Source: an uncultured delta proteobacterium
GTDB taxonomy: Bacteria; Myxococcota_A; Polyangia; Polyangiales; Polyangiaceae
Length of the DNA stretch: 64,000 bases
Assembly: GCA_963850305.1 (NCBI GenBank)
Contig: CAWKKR010000004.1
Span: 224,001 to 288,000 of the forward strand
Direction: 5' to 3'
Below, one piece after another: positions 40,526-50,403 of the stretch. The notes below the pieces were generated by a model. It was not told the origin of the DNA and ran no database searches. It saw only the letters and a list, made by a program, of their open reading frames with translations. The position numbers and the translations under genes are program-made. Each line of letters starts with the position of its first letter. Positions within the stretch are counted from its first letter, which is position 1.

Positions 40526-41215
40526 ATGGCGTCCATTCTTCCGTCATCCCAGTCGGCGCCTCCCCCTCTTCACTGGGTGAAGCCGCCTCGGCAGGCTCGC
40601 AGCCAGCGCACGCTCGAGCGAGTACTCGACGCGGCAGAAGAGGTGATCTCGGAGCGTGGCGCCGGAGCGCTCACGGTGTCGGAGGTGGTAAGACGGGCGG
40701 AATCGTCCGTCGGTGCGTTCTATGCTCGGTTCCCCGACAAGGACGCGCTGCTTTCAACACTTCATGAGCGCTCATGTGGCGAGGCCCTCGCCACGGCCGA
40801 GCTCGCGCTCGATCCGGCGCGCTGGCGATTCGCGGATCTGCCGAGCGCGGTCACGGAGCTCGTGCGCTTCACTGCCGCACTGTGTCGCGAGCGCCGGGGA
40901 CTGCTCATGGCCTTCATCGCGATGGCCGCGAGCCACGCCCACTTCGCACAACGTCGTGCGGTGCTCGAGAAGAAAATGGCCGAACTCTTTCACGCCTTCC
41001 TTCGAGACCGTCAGGATGAAGTCGCTCATCCGGACCTGGAGCTCGCCAGCGAAGTCGCGATCCGCATCATCCTCGGGAGTCTCGAGTACGGCGCGATGAT
41101 TCACAGAGGACTGGACGACGCAAAGACGGATGACCGGGTCGCGGCCGAGCTCGGCGTCGCGGTCCTCGCTTACCTCGGCGCGCCGATCAGTGTCCGCCGG
41201 CCCCGAAACCTCTGA
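40526..41215 (+). CDS. TetR/AcrR-family regulator
   Basis: PRQARSQRTLERVLDAAEE...VVRRAESSVGAFYARFPDKDAL. Confidence 0.93.
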   Translation: MASILPSSQSAPPPLHWVKPPRQARSQRTLERVLDAAEEVISERGAGALTVSEVVRRAESSVGAFYARFPDKDALLSTLHERSCGEALATAELALDPARWRFADLPSAVTELVRFTAALCRERRGLLMAFIAMAASHAHFAQRRAVLEKKMAELFHAFLRDRQDEVAHPDLELASEVAIRIILGSLEYGAMIHRGLDDAKTDDRVAAELGVAVLAYLGAPISVRRPRNL

Positions 41216-41227
41216 GCGGCGTTCGTC

Positions 41228-43741
41228 TCACTTGGCGCGCAACATGCGACTCGCCGCCTTGAAGTCGTGCGGATCGATGTCGTAAGCCGTCTTCCACTCG
41301 ATCCGTGCCGCGTCCAGGTCGCCTGCCTTGTCCTCGACATCGCCGAGCAGTACGTGAAGCTCCGGGTCGTGCGGATCGAGCCGCACCGCACGCTTCGCCC
41401 AGTTCAATGCGGCTGGGATCTCTGCCTCGACGAGCAATACCCGGGCGAGTCCTGCGGCGGCCGTGGCGTTGACCGGGTCCAGCAATACGGCACGCCGATA
41501 GAGCCGATCCGCTTGCGCATAGTCGGCTCCCTTCACCGCACGCTCCGCTCCGTGAATGTACGTGTAACCCATCCCGCGCACCGAGGCGGCGTCGGAAGGG
41601 TCGATATGGGCTCCTTCGAGCCAGATCGTTCTGGCGCGATCGACGTCGCCGGCGCGCGCGAGAGCGTCCGCATAGAGGGACTGAATCTCCTGGCTCTCCG
41701 GATGTTGCTTGGCGGCGCGTTCCGCCCAGTCCCGCGCCTGATTCGCATCGCGCCGGAGGAGCAAGATCCTCACGAGTGCCTGGAACGCCTCGGGTCGAGT
41801 CGGATCGAGGACCGCGGCGCGGCAGAAGGAAAGCTGCGCGTCGTCGAGTTTGCCCAGCATCAGTGCCCGTCGCCCGAGTCCTACCTCCACGAGAGCTCGG
41901 CCCGGTTGATCGCTGCCAAGAAGCGACCAGCTCGGGCCCACCCGCTGCTCGCACGTGGGCGTCGAAACAATCCGCTCGCCAGTCGCGTCGGGGGACTCGG
42001 TCGCCGCAGCCGCGGCGCCCGTCGGCGGGGCCGCTCCGGACCCGGCGAGGGCGCGCGTCTGGTGGGCCCGCGAAGTCGGAGCGACGGGTGCAACCGGCAA
42101 GGCGTGGGGCGCCGCGACCGCGGCTGGAGGCTCAAGGGCGGGGGCCCGCGCTTTGCCGAACGAGACGACCCCCACGGCAATCGCGATACCGCAAATGATC
42201 GAACCTACACCGATCAACGACCAGATCGCGAGCGCGCGACGCGAGGAGCGTGCGTCCGGCGGTGCCGACGCGAACGCGTCTGGATGGATCGATTCGAGGA
42301 CGGGCATCGATGGCTGAATCGGCGCGGCTTCGCTGTCCGCCAGATCCAGCGCGACGTCGACGGGCGACATGATGTTCACCGCGTCCGGTTCGACGATGCG
42401 TTCGATATGGACGCGTCCCGAACCGAGCACGAGCAAGGCCGAGAGAGCCACGGCTCCGTCGAGCGCGGACGAATCCTCGGCAGTTGCTCGCGCGCCGGCA
42501 ATCAAGTGATCGCTCACCTCCAGGCGAATCTGGACGCGCGGATTGTGAACCGTCGCGCGCACCGGGTGCGATGAGGTGGCCAGCGCTCGAACGAGACGTG
42601 CGGGCCCCGTGATCTCGAGTCGCGTGTCGAAGGTCGCGCCCAGCTCCACGCGTTCGCGCAGCGCCCTCTCGGGTTCCGACAGCGCCGCGAGGGTCCCCAG
42701 GGTCCTGGACAGCCGAGCGGCACCCTCCGTATCCGACCAGATCTCGTCCCACCGCACGACCAGCAGCGAGGCCCATCTGAGCCGCGTATCCCGGCGCAAC
42801 CGGCGGACCAGCTGGTAACCGCGCCCGCGCAGCCCTTCCTCGTCGATCAAGAGAATCGTGGGGTCGAGCTGCCGAAGCCGCGCGAAACGTGGCTCGGGCG
42901 GCTCGAAATCCGTGACGACGACGGTCGCGCCGTGCGCGCGCAGCGCCTGCGCGATCGAATCGGAGCGGGCGGCGTCCTCATCCGCCAGGAGAATACGTAA
43001 TCCGGAAACGTCACCTGCACCGGCAAACTGGTCCAGCGCGTCCGTACCGAGAAGCTGGACCGTACCGCCAGCGCGCTCGTCGAACTCGTACTCGAGCGGC
43101 TCGGCGTGCACGACGTGCTTACGCAGCCTCGACACGAACTCGTCTATCGTCTGGGCGAGCGGGCGCCCGCCGCCGAGCACGACCCGGATCGCGTCGTGCT
43201 CGGCGCCACGGGAACTCTTCACGGACAGGATGCCGCTGCGGAGCTCCTTGGAGAACGCCTGGACGAGTTCGTCGAGCGTCGCTTCGCCAACGTAGCCCAT
43301 CGTCCCTCCTCCGCGGTCCGGAATTTCGCGCGCGAGCTTCCCGACCCGGTCCGCGATCGCATCGACGCTCGCGGACCGGGGAATTACCGCAGCCGCTCCG
43401 TGACGGAAAGCGCGTAACCGCTGGTCGAGCGCGACCTCGTCCGCAAGCAAAACGACCGGAACTACGGAGCTGTGCGGGGATGCGTTGAGCTGCGCGAGCG
43501 CACTCGACCCGCCGTCATTGGTGGCGTCTCCCACCAGCAACACCAAATCTGGCGCCGTCGCGATCACGCCGTCGACTACGCCGTTCGGCGAAGCCGTTTC
43601 CACGCGCACCCCGTGGTGCGCGAGCGCCGACGCGATCGCGCCGTGAAACGACGTATCGGCGCCGACCAAGAGGACGGTCGGCTCCAGCCCGGGCTCCCGG
43701 TCTGCGCGAGCGCCGGGCCCGACGTCGAAGGATCCGGGCAT
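41228..43741 (-). CDS. membrane protein: two receiver-like domains, TM, C-terminal TPR repeats
   Basis: VLLVGAD...PDLVLL...VPVVLL...AFRHGA (degenerate receiver); ILLADED...PTILLID (receiver); TM ALAIWSLIGVGSII; TPR-like RAVxLDP repeats. Confidence 0.75.
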   Translation of the reverse strand: MPGSFDVGPGARADREPGLEPTVLLVGADTSFHGAIASALAHHGVRVETASPNGVVDGVIATAPDLVLLVGDATNDGGSSALAQLNASPHSSVVPVVLLADEVALDQRLRAFRHGAAAVIPRSASVDAIADRVGKLAREIPDRGGGTMGYVGEATLDELVQAFSKELRSGILSVKSSRGAEHDAIRVVLGGGRPLAQTIDEFVSRLRKHVVHAEPLEYEFDERAGGTVQLLGTDALDQFAGAGDVSGLRILLADEDAARSDSIAQALRAHGATVVVTDFEPPEPRFARLRQLDPTILLIDEEGLRGRGYQLVRRLRRDTRLRWASLLVVRWDEIWSDTEGAARLSRTLGTLAALSEPERALRERVELGATFDTRLEITGPARLVRALATSSHPVRATVHNPRVQIRLEVSDHLIAGARATAEDSSALDGAVALSALLVLGSGRVHIERIVEPDAVNIMSPVDVALDLADSEAAPIQPSMPVLESIHPDAFASAPPDARSSRRALAIWSLIGVGSIICGIAIAVGVVSFGKARAPALEPPAAVAAPHALPVAPVAPTSRAHQTRALAGSGAAPPTGAAAAATESPDATGERIVSTPTCEQRVGPSWSLLGSDQPGRALVEVGLGRRALMLGKLDDAQLSFCRAAVLDPTRPEAFQALVRILLLRRDANQARDWAERAAKQHPESQEIQSLYADALARAGDVDRARTIWLEGAHIDPSDAASVRGMGYTYIHGAERAVKGADYAQADRLYRRAVLLDPVNATAAAGLARVLLVEAEIPAALNWAKRAVRLDPHDPELHVLLGDVEDKAGDLDAARIEWKTAYDIDPHDFKAASRMLRAK

Positions 43742-43859
43742 GATTGCCCATCATCGCCCACGCGAGCCCCATTTGACCAGGCCATCGGCTCACAACCCGC
43801 GCTTCGACGTCGCGCCGCCGTCCGAGCCTGTTATGGAAGCCCTCTCGCACAACCACCGT

Positions 43860-44624
43860 TTACCTTGCCGGTGCTCGTGACGCTCGACTCGGGTCCGGTT
43901 GCAACGACAGATCGGCGACCAGCGGCAGATGATCGGAAGCCTGCCGCGTGAGCGGGGTGCTCTCGGGATGCGCCGCACGATACGTATGAAGGTCGCCTCG
44001 CACGAACAGCGCGTCCAGCGCTCGGATCGGCAATGCTGCGGGGAACGTGTACGCCGGTGGCCCGGCGCGGCGAAAGCCGCGCGGCACCAGGAACTCGGCT
44101 CCGAGATTTCCCCAAACGTCATTCAGATCGCCTCCGACAATGGCCGGGGTTCGCTCATGGAGACGTCCGAACGGCGCAGAGGCGAGAAACCGCCGGAGCT
44201 GCGCTTCCCGTTCGGCACCGACGAGGCCAAGATGCATGTTGTGGATGACTAGGGTTCGTGACGTTCGGTGCGTTCGCACCCGGGCGCGAGCCTGCAGGAC
44301 GCCGCGCTTCTTCCGTTTTCCGATCGTGAGATCGACGTGGTGCACTTCGGACAGCGGCCAGCGTGACAAGATCGCGTTGCCGTAGCCGCCCATGGAAAAC
44401 CGGTGCTCGGGATGAAAAGCCAGATGCGGCATGCAGAGGGTCTCAGCAAGCATCTCGGCCTGGTCGTGAAAAGAAGAACGCGGAAGATCGTCGGAGACCT
44501 CTTGCAGCAGCGCCAGATCGGGTTCCAGCGCCGCCAGCACACCGACGATCCTATCGAGACTGTACCTCCGATCGACGCCCCCGATCCCCTTGTGGATGTT
44601 CCAACTGACCACCCGGATTCGCAT
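43860..44624 (-). CDS. endonuclease/exonuclease/phosphatase family (YbhP-like)
   Basis: SWNIHKG, LQEV, GNAILSR, HLGL, GDLN, SDHLP. Confidence 0.92.
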   Translation of the reverse strand: MRIRVVSWNIHKGIGGVDRRYSLDRIVGVLAALEPDLALLQEVSDDLPRSSFHDQAEMLAETLCMPHLAFHPEHRFSMGGYGNAILSRWPLSEVHHVDLTIGKRKKRGVLQARARVRTHRTSRTLVIHNMHLGLVGAEREAQLRRFLASAPFGRLHERTPAIVGGDLNDVWGNLGAEFLVPRGFRRAGPPAYTFPAALPIRALDALFVRGDLHTYRAAHPESTPLTRQASDHLPLVADLSLQPDPSRASRAPAR

Positions 44625-44701
44625 GGCGACGGTTTACCCCGGGGGAGAACGCGTAGCGACTTCTCGCAACGAATTCTCCCTCAGGGTGCCTCGTCATGCG
44701 G

Positions 44702-45031
44702 TCACGCGCCGCGCACCGGGATCTGGCGCGGCTGGTATGCTGCCCGCTTCGGCAGATGTACGGTGAGAACACCCGCCGTCATCGCCGCGGAGATCCGCTC
44801 CCCATCCACGCTCGTCGGGACGATGAACTCTCGCTCGTAGCTCTTCGTGGTCGCGGACGCTCGTAGGACCATGCGTTGTTCGTGGATCGTCACCTCCGCA
44901 CCGTCCTGGGCGACGCCTGGCAGATCCGCGACGAGCAAGAACTCCCCGTCGTTCTCGTAAACGTCGATGGGCGGACTCGATACGCGAGCTTCCTCGGTCC
45001 GCTCGTCCTTCTTCTTTCCAATGCCGATCAT
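44702..45031 (-). CDS. Hsp20/alpha-crystallin small heat-shock protein
   Basis: PPIDVYE...ADLPGV...YEREF...AGVLTVHLPK. Confidence 0.9.
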   Translation of the reverse strand: MIGIGKKKDERTEEARVSSPPIDVYENDGEFLLVADLPGVAQDGAEVTIHEQRMVLRASATTKSYEREFIVPTSVDGERISAAMTAGVLTVHLPKRAAYQPRQIPVRGA

Positions 45032-45045
45032 GACAATTCCTTTCT

Positions 45046-45492
45046 TCAGCTCGCCCTGACGGCGATGGTCTTCTTCTGGGCCGAGGCTGCCTTCGCGACT
45101 TCGACGGTCAGCACGCCGTCCTTCATTCGAGCCGTCGCCTTCTCGGGATCGACGTGGCTCCCGAGCACGAAGCTTCGTGAGAACCGGGTGCTGGCACGTT
45201 CGCGGCGGCGAGCCTCGTACCCTTCGGGGATGGCGACTGATCTCTCCGCGCTCACGGTGAGGACGCCACCGTTGAGGTCCACACGGACGTCCTTCTCGGT
45301 GAGTCCGGGGACCTCGAGCCGGAGAACAAACTGGCCGTCCTTCTCCGCGAACTCGGCGGGCGCGTAGCCGAAGCTGGTGAGCGGCGTCTCTCGGTCGAAC
45401 TCGCGGAAAAATTGGTCGAACCCTCGGAACAAATCACCGAGCCCGATCGGCTCACGGATCGGGCGATCCAGCAGGCCTGTGTATTCGAACAT
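45046..45492 (-). CDS. Hsp20/alpha-crystallin small heat-shock protein
   Basis: LEVPGL...GGVLTVSAER...RER...FSRSF...DGVLTVEVAK; AGGAGG RBS before ATG 45492. Confidence 0.92.
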   Translation of the reverse strand: MFEYTGLLDRPIREPIGLGDLFRGFDQFFREFDRETPLTSFGYAPAEFAEKDGQFVLRLEVPGLTEKDVRVDLNGGVLTVSAERSVAIPEGYEARRRERASTRFSRSFVLGSHVDPEKATARMKDGVLTVEVAKAASAQKKTIAVRAS

Positions 45493-45738
45493 GACAATCC
45501 TCCTTGATACGCTCGGACGAGCGCAAGAACGGGCGGGCGACACGCACGCCCCTTGGGCGGCCACGTCGTGGCGTGAGGGCTCACTCGGTGGCCAAAACAG
45601 CGGCTTCTCAGCCTCTGGCACGGCCAAACGTGCGCACCCAGACCGCTCTGTCAAGCGGCCCCGTTCGCCTCGCGAACGGGACTTTGCCGAAGCGCGCGGC
45701 TATTGCCGCGTGAACTCCGCTGAGGAAGGCTCGACCAA

Positions 45739-47697
45739 ATGCCGAACGGTCGCCACCGAAGCCCCAGCACCACGGTGGCGCTCCTGGGGCTCGCCGCTCT
45801 CGTCGGCTTCGTAGCGCTCCAGCTTCACGACGTCGAAAAGCGCCTCGTCGTGCAGAGCCAACAGTTGCGCGCGCTCGGGGACGAGACGGATCGGCTGCTG
45901 GCCCGTCCCATGACGGCGAGTCCACGCTCACCCGCGACGACCGCCGAGGAGCCCGGACACCCCCTGCACCCGGAGGTGCCCAATTTCCTGAAGCCAAGGG
46001 ACCAGCACTGGCCCCCTCCGGGCGCCTCGCTGGAGGGGATCCTGGCGCGCGGCTGGGCGTCGGGCGATCCCAAGGGATTCAACTCGCTCCTCGAGAACGG
46101 CGCCGAGATCGGCGAGCTCCTCGAGCAATATACGAACCTCCCGATCGCCGACCGGAATGACTGGACGAACCCGAACCAATGGCATGGGGAACTCGCGACG
46201 CGCGTCGAGATCACCAATGACTTCAAGGATTTCACGATCTATCTGAGGAGGGGCGTCAAATGGCACCCGGTGCCGAACGTGGACCTCGACGATCCCAGGC
46301 ACGCCTGGCTTCGCGGCGATCACGACTTCACCGCAAAGGACCTCGTGTTCACGTTGAACATGATCACGAACCCGCAGGTCGAAGATGGAGCGGCAAAGAA
46401 TTATTACAGCGAACTGTCCTCATGGACGGCGCTCGATGACTACACGCTCGTGGTCAAGTGGAAGAAGAAGCAATACACCAACGTTGCTTCGACACTGGGC
46501 ATCGTGCCGCTCCCGGAGTTCCTGTTCTCCCGGGAAGAGGACGGAACTCCGATCCCGCAGGAGACACTCGGCCTCAGGTTTAATCAACACTGGTACAACC
46601 ATAAGGGTTACGTCGGAACGGGGCCGTACCGAATGGTCTCCTACGAGCCAGGAACGCGCATCCGGCTCGTGCGGAACGAAGCATTCGTGGGCGAGCAGCC
46701 CGCGATCCGCGAGATCACGTATCCGATCTACACCGACCCCGAGAAGACACTCCTGAAGCTCAAGGCACACGAACTCGGCGTCGGAGTACTCACCCCCGGG
46801 CAGTATCGAGAAGAGATCCAGCGGTATGACCACGACGCCACCAAGCCCGCCGGAAGCCCCTTCTTCGACGGACGCCTGAAATGCCAGCAGGTCCCGAGCT
46901 TCTCCTATTCCTATATCGCGTGGAACGCCGATCGCCCGCTCTTCGCCGACAAGCGCGTGCGGCAAGCCATGACCTCCGCTCTCAACCGGAAGCAGATCAT
47001 CGAGAGCGTGTTCGTCGGGCTCGGGGAGCTCGCGACCGGCCCCTATCCGCCCGGTTCCCCGTATGACGACCCGAGCGTGCAGGCCATTCCGTTCGACCTC
47101 ACCGCAGCCAAGAGGTTGCTGGCGGACGCCGGCTGGGTCGACACGGATGGAGACGGGATTGTCGACAAGCAACTGCGGCCCGGCGACAAGAAGCGAACCC
47201 CGTTCGAATTCACGCTGCTCCTTTACTCCGGCAGCAAGGAATGGGGCGCGCTCGCGAACATCTTCAAGGAGGATCTCCTGAGGATTGGCGTGAAGATGGA
47301 CATCGACTCCGCCGAATGGAGCCTCATGCAGAAGCGCATGGACGAAAAGAGCTTCGACGCTTACGCGGCGGCGTGGACCACATCGTGGGACGTGGATCTT
47401 TACCAGGTCTGGCACTCGTCACAGGCCGATATCCCGAAGGGGTCCAACCGGATCGGGTTCCGGAACAAGGACGCCGACCGCATCATCGAGCAAGTGCGCG
47501 TCACGTTCGACGAAGACGAGCGCACCAAGCTATTTCGCGCCTTTCATCGAATCGTGCACGACGAGCAGCCCTACACCTTCGTGATGGATCGACGGGAGGT
47601 CGTGTGCGTTTGGAACGACGTCCAGAACGTGACTTTCGCGAAGGTACGACCCGTCATCAACACGTTGCCCTGGTCGGTCGCGGAAGGTGCGCTCTAG
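45739..47697 (+). CDS. OppA/DppA family-5 substrate-binding protein, membrane-anchored
   Basis: N-terminal TM plus coiled coil, LRRGVKWH, FTAKDLVFT, VGTGPYR, FADKRVRQAM, DTDGDGIVDK, DEQPYTF. Confidence 0.9.
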   Translation: MPNGRHRSPSTTVALLGLAALVGFVALQLHDVEKRLVVQSQQLRALGDETDRLLARPMTASPRSPATTAEEPGHPLHPEVPNFLKPRDQHWPPPGASLEGILARGWASGDPKGFNSLLENGAEIGELLEQYTNLPIADRNDWTNPNQWHGELATRVEITNDFKDFTIYLRRGVKWHPVPNVDLDDPRHAWLRGDHDFTAKDLVFTLNMITNPQVEDGAAKNYYSELSSWTALDDYTLVVKWKKKQYTNVASTLGIVPLPEFLFSREEDGTPIPQETLGLRFNQHWYNHKGYVGTGPYRMVSYEPGTRIRLVRNEAFVGEQPAIREITYPIYTDPEKTLLKLKAHELGVGVLTPGQYREEIQRYDHDATKPAGSPFFDGRLKCQQVPSFSYSYIAWNADRPLFADKRVRQAMTSALNRKQIIESVFVGLGELATGPYPPGSPYDDPSVQAIPFDLTAAKRLLADAGWVDTDGDGIVDKQLRPGDKKRTPFEFTLLLYSGSKEWGALANIFKEDLLRIGVKMDIDSAEWSLMQKRMDEKSFDAYAAAWTTSWDVDLYQVWHSSQADIPKGSNRIGFRNKDADRIIEQVRVTFDEDERTKLFRAFHRIVHDEQPYTFVMDRREVVCVWNDVQNVTFAKVRPVINTLPWSVAEGAL

Positions 47698-47721
47698 AGC
47701 GCCCCGGGGAGATTCGCCTCG

Positions 47722-49177
47722 ATGAACGCCTACGTCATCCGGCGACTCCTGCTCATGATCCCGACGTTCTTCGGGATCTCGCTGGTCATCTTCGGTGTCC
47801 TCAACCTTGCACCAGGGCGTCCTGGCGCGCAGCAGTCAACCGACCTCGCCAAGAGTGCGAAGAACGAACAGACAGAAGAGTCCTACCGGATCTTTCGCGA
47901 GCAGTTCAATCTCGACCGTCCCGTCTTCTTCAATACGCGCTTCGCGCTCGGCACGGAAGAGGTGCGCAAGAACGTCGAGATCACCGCCGGGGTTGGCAAG
48001 GCGGCAGCCGCCGAAAGGATCCACGCAGAAGAAGAGTTGGAAGACTGGGGCCAGTACGCCGTACCGCACCTGGTCGCCGTCATGAACGATGCGGACCGCA
48101 CACATGACACCAGGGTGCGAGACGCCGCCGTTTATTTCCTGAGACTCGCCTCGCTGCGACCTCTGGTCGAGCCGTTCGGTAGATCGCCGAGCCAGCAAGT
48201 GCGTTCGGAGAACCGTGAAATCGATGCCGAAAATGGCCGCCTCCGCCGACTTCGCTACGCCCTGGACGCACCCGAGTCCGAGAAGCAAGTCGTCGTTCGG
48301 GGCTTCCGTGGTTGGTACGCGGAGCACGCCTCCCGCTTTCGCTACTCGTTCGGAGACAAGGTCCGGATTCTGCTCGTCGATACGCGCTTTGCAAAGTACT
48401 GGCGGAACCTGGTCCACCTGGATTTCGGCGTGTCGCTCGTGACCCGCGAACCGGTCCTCGCAACGCTCATCTCCAAGCTCAAGTACTCGCTGACACTGTC
48501 CGTCGGGTCTCTCGTCCTCTCGTACGTCATCGCAATCCCACTCGGGATCTTCTCGGCGGTGAACAAGGACTCGAAGGCCGACCGAGCACTGACGCTCGTG
48601 CTCTTCATGCTCTATTCACTGCCGAGCTTCTTCGTCGCGACGCTCCTTCTGTACTTCCTGTCCGAGGGCTCCGATTTTGCCTGGTCTGCGGCTATTCCCG
48701 ACGGGGGGCTGGCAGAGTCCAACCCACGACGATCTCACCACGATCGGGGCGCTGCGCGACCTTGCGTGGCACCTCGTTCTCCCGATGTTCTGCCTCACCT
48801 ACGGATCGCTGGCGGCGCTGAGCCGGTACATGCGCACGGGACTCCTCGACGTCATTCGCGCCGATTACATTCGCACGGCGCGAGCGAAGGGGCTTCCCGA
48901 ACGCACGGTCATCGGCAAGCACGCGCTCCGGAACGGTCTCTTGCCGATCTTGACGTTGCTTGCGAGCCTCCTACCGGCGATCCTCGGAGGGTCGGTCATC
49001 ATCGAATACATATTCGGCATTCCCGGAATGGGGCTCTGGGTCGTCGACGCGATTTACCAGCGCGACTACAACGTCATCCTCGTCGTCGAGTTGTTCTCGA
49101 CGATCCTCGTGCTCGTGGGTATCCTGCTGACGGATCTCTCGTACGCTCTCGTCGACCCGAGGATTCGCTACGAATGA
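47722..49177 (+). CDS. OppB/DppB permease with large insertion (apparent +1 frameshift at ~48677)
   Basis: YVIRRLLLMIPT, DFGVSL, SLPSFF, then in the next frame HLVLP...DYIRTARAKGL...HALRNGLLP...DLSYALVDPRI. Confidence 0.88.
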
Positions 49178-50403
49178 CGGCAGGGCACGACGACGACGGA
49201 GCCGCGCGGCTCTCTTACTCCGCGCTCGTGTTCGCCGAACTCCGGAGGAACCGGGTGGCAATGGCGGGGCTCTGGTGCATCCTCGTATTGTTCGTGCTGG
49301 CCGTGTGCGCGCCGCTCGTATCGCTGAACCAGCCGCTGCTGTGGAACACCGGCGGCGTGTGGACCGCGCCGCTCCTGCCTGCCCTCTTCAATCGCCTGCT
49401 GTTCGAAAACTCCATCGATATCCTCTTCAATCTGCTGCTGGTGACCGCGCCGATTTACGTTTTGGTCTATGTCCTCCTCGCGAAGCGGACACCGACGAAG
49501 CGCGTTCGACTCCTGCTGTCGATTGCCGCGGTCCACACTCTCCTCTTTGCGTCCGTCGCGCCCGAGCGAATCGGTCCCTGGTCGAACCCGCTTCATCGCT
49601 CGACGTCGGTCGTGAACTACCGAGAGGAGTTCGAGCAACTGAAGGCCCAGGGGCGCTCCGTCACCGCGCTGTTCCCGCTGCACCGTTACGGATATCGCGA
49701 GACCAATCCGTTGGAGAGCGTCGAGCCGCCGAACCGCAGGCACTGGCTCGGAACCGACACCGAGGGCCGTGACGTCCTGGCGCGCATGATCTACGGCACC
49801 CGCATCTCGTTGACCATCGGCGTCGTGGCTGTCGCCATTTACGTCGTCATCGGCGTCGTACTCGGCGCGCTCGCGGGATATTTCGGCGGCTTCATCGACA
49901 GCCTCATCAGTCGGTTCATCGAGGTGATGATCTGCTTTCCGAGCTTCTTCTTGATCCTCACCCTGGCGGCGCTGATAGAAAAGCGAAGCATCTTCCACGT
50001 CATGATCATCATAGGCATGACGAGCTGGACCGGCGTTGCGCGCCTCATCCGTGCCGAGTTCCTGAAGCACCGGGGACTCGAGTATGCGCAGGCGGCACTT
50101 GCTCTCGGCATCCCCAAGCGGCGAATCATCTTCGGTCACATATTGCCCAACGCGATTGCTCCGGTTCTCGTCAGTGCGACGTTCGGGATCGCTTCGGCGA
50201 TCTTGGTCGAATCCAGTCTGGCGTTCCTCGGAATCGGCGACGTGACGGTTGCGAGCTGGGGAGAGACGCTGAACGCCGGGCGCCTCGAGGGAAAACTCTG
50301 GCTCATTCTCGCGCCGGGGTTCGCGATCTTCTTCGTCGTCACCGTATTCAACCTCGTCGGCGAGGGTCTCCGTGACGCGCTCGACCCGAAGCAGAGACGC
50401 TGA
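49174..50403 (+). CDS. OppC/DppC permease
   Basis: ATGA overlap with oppB; HWLGTDTEGRDVLAR, HILPNA, ESSLAFLG, FNLVGEGLRDALDP. Confidence 0.92.
   Translation: MTAGHDDDGAARLSYSALVFAELRRNRVAMAGLWCILVLFVLAVCAPLVSLNQPLLWNTGGVWTAPLLPALFNRLLFENSIDILFNLLLVTAPIYVLVYVLLAKRTPTKRVRLLLSIAAVHTLLFASVAPERIGPWSNPLHRSTSVVNYREEFEQLKAQGRSVTALFPLHRYGYRETNPLESVEPPNRRHWLGTDTEGRDVLARMIYGTRISLTIGVVAVAIYVVIGVVLGALAGYFGGFIDSLISRFIEVMICFPSFFLILTLAALIEKRSIFHVMIIIGMTSWTGVARLIRAEFLKHRGLEYAQAALALGIPKRRIIFGHILPNAIAPVLVSATFGIASAILVESSLAFLGIGDVTVASWGETLNAGRLEGKLWLILAPGFAIFFVVTVFNLVGEGLRDALDPKQRR

Noticed and set aside
45600..45640. sigma54 promoter at TGGCAC near hsp20/oppA
   Set aside because: No TTGC at the required -12 spacing.
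47722..50403. 893-aa OppB-OppC fusion
   Set aside because: Artefact of the +1 indel at ~48677. The true oppB ends at 49177, overlapping the oppC ATG at 49174.
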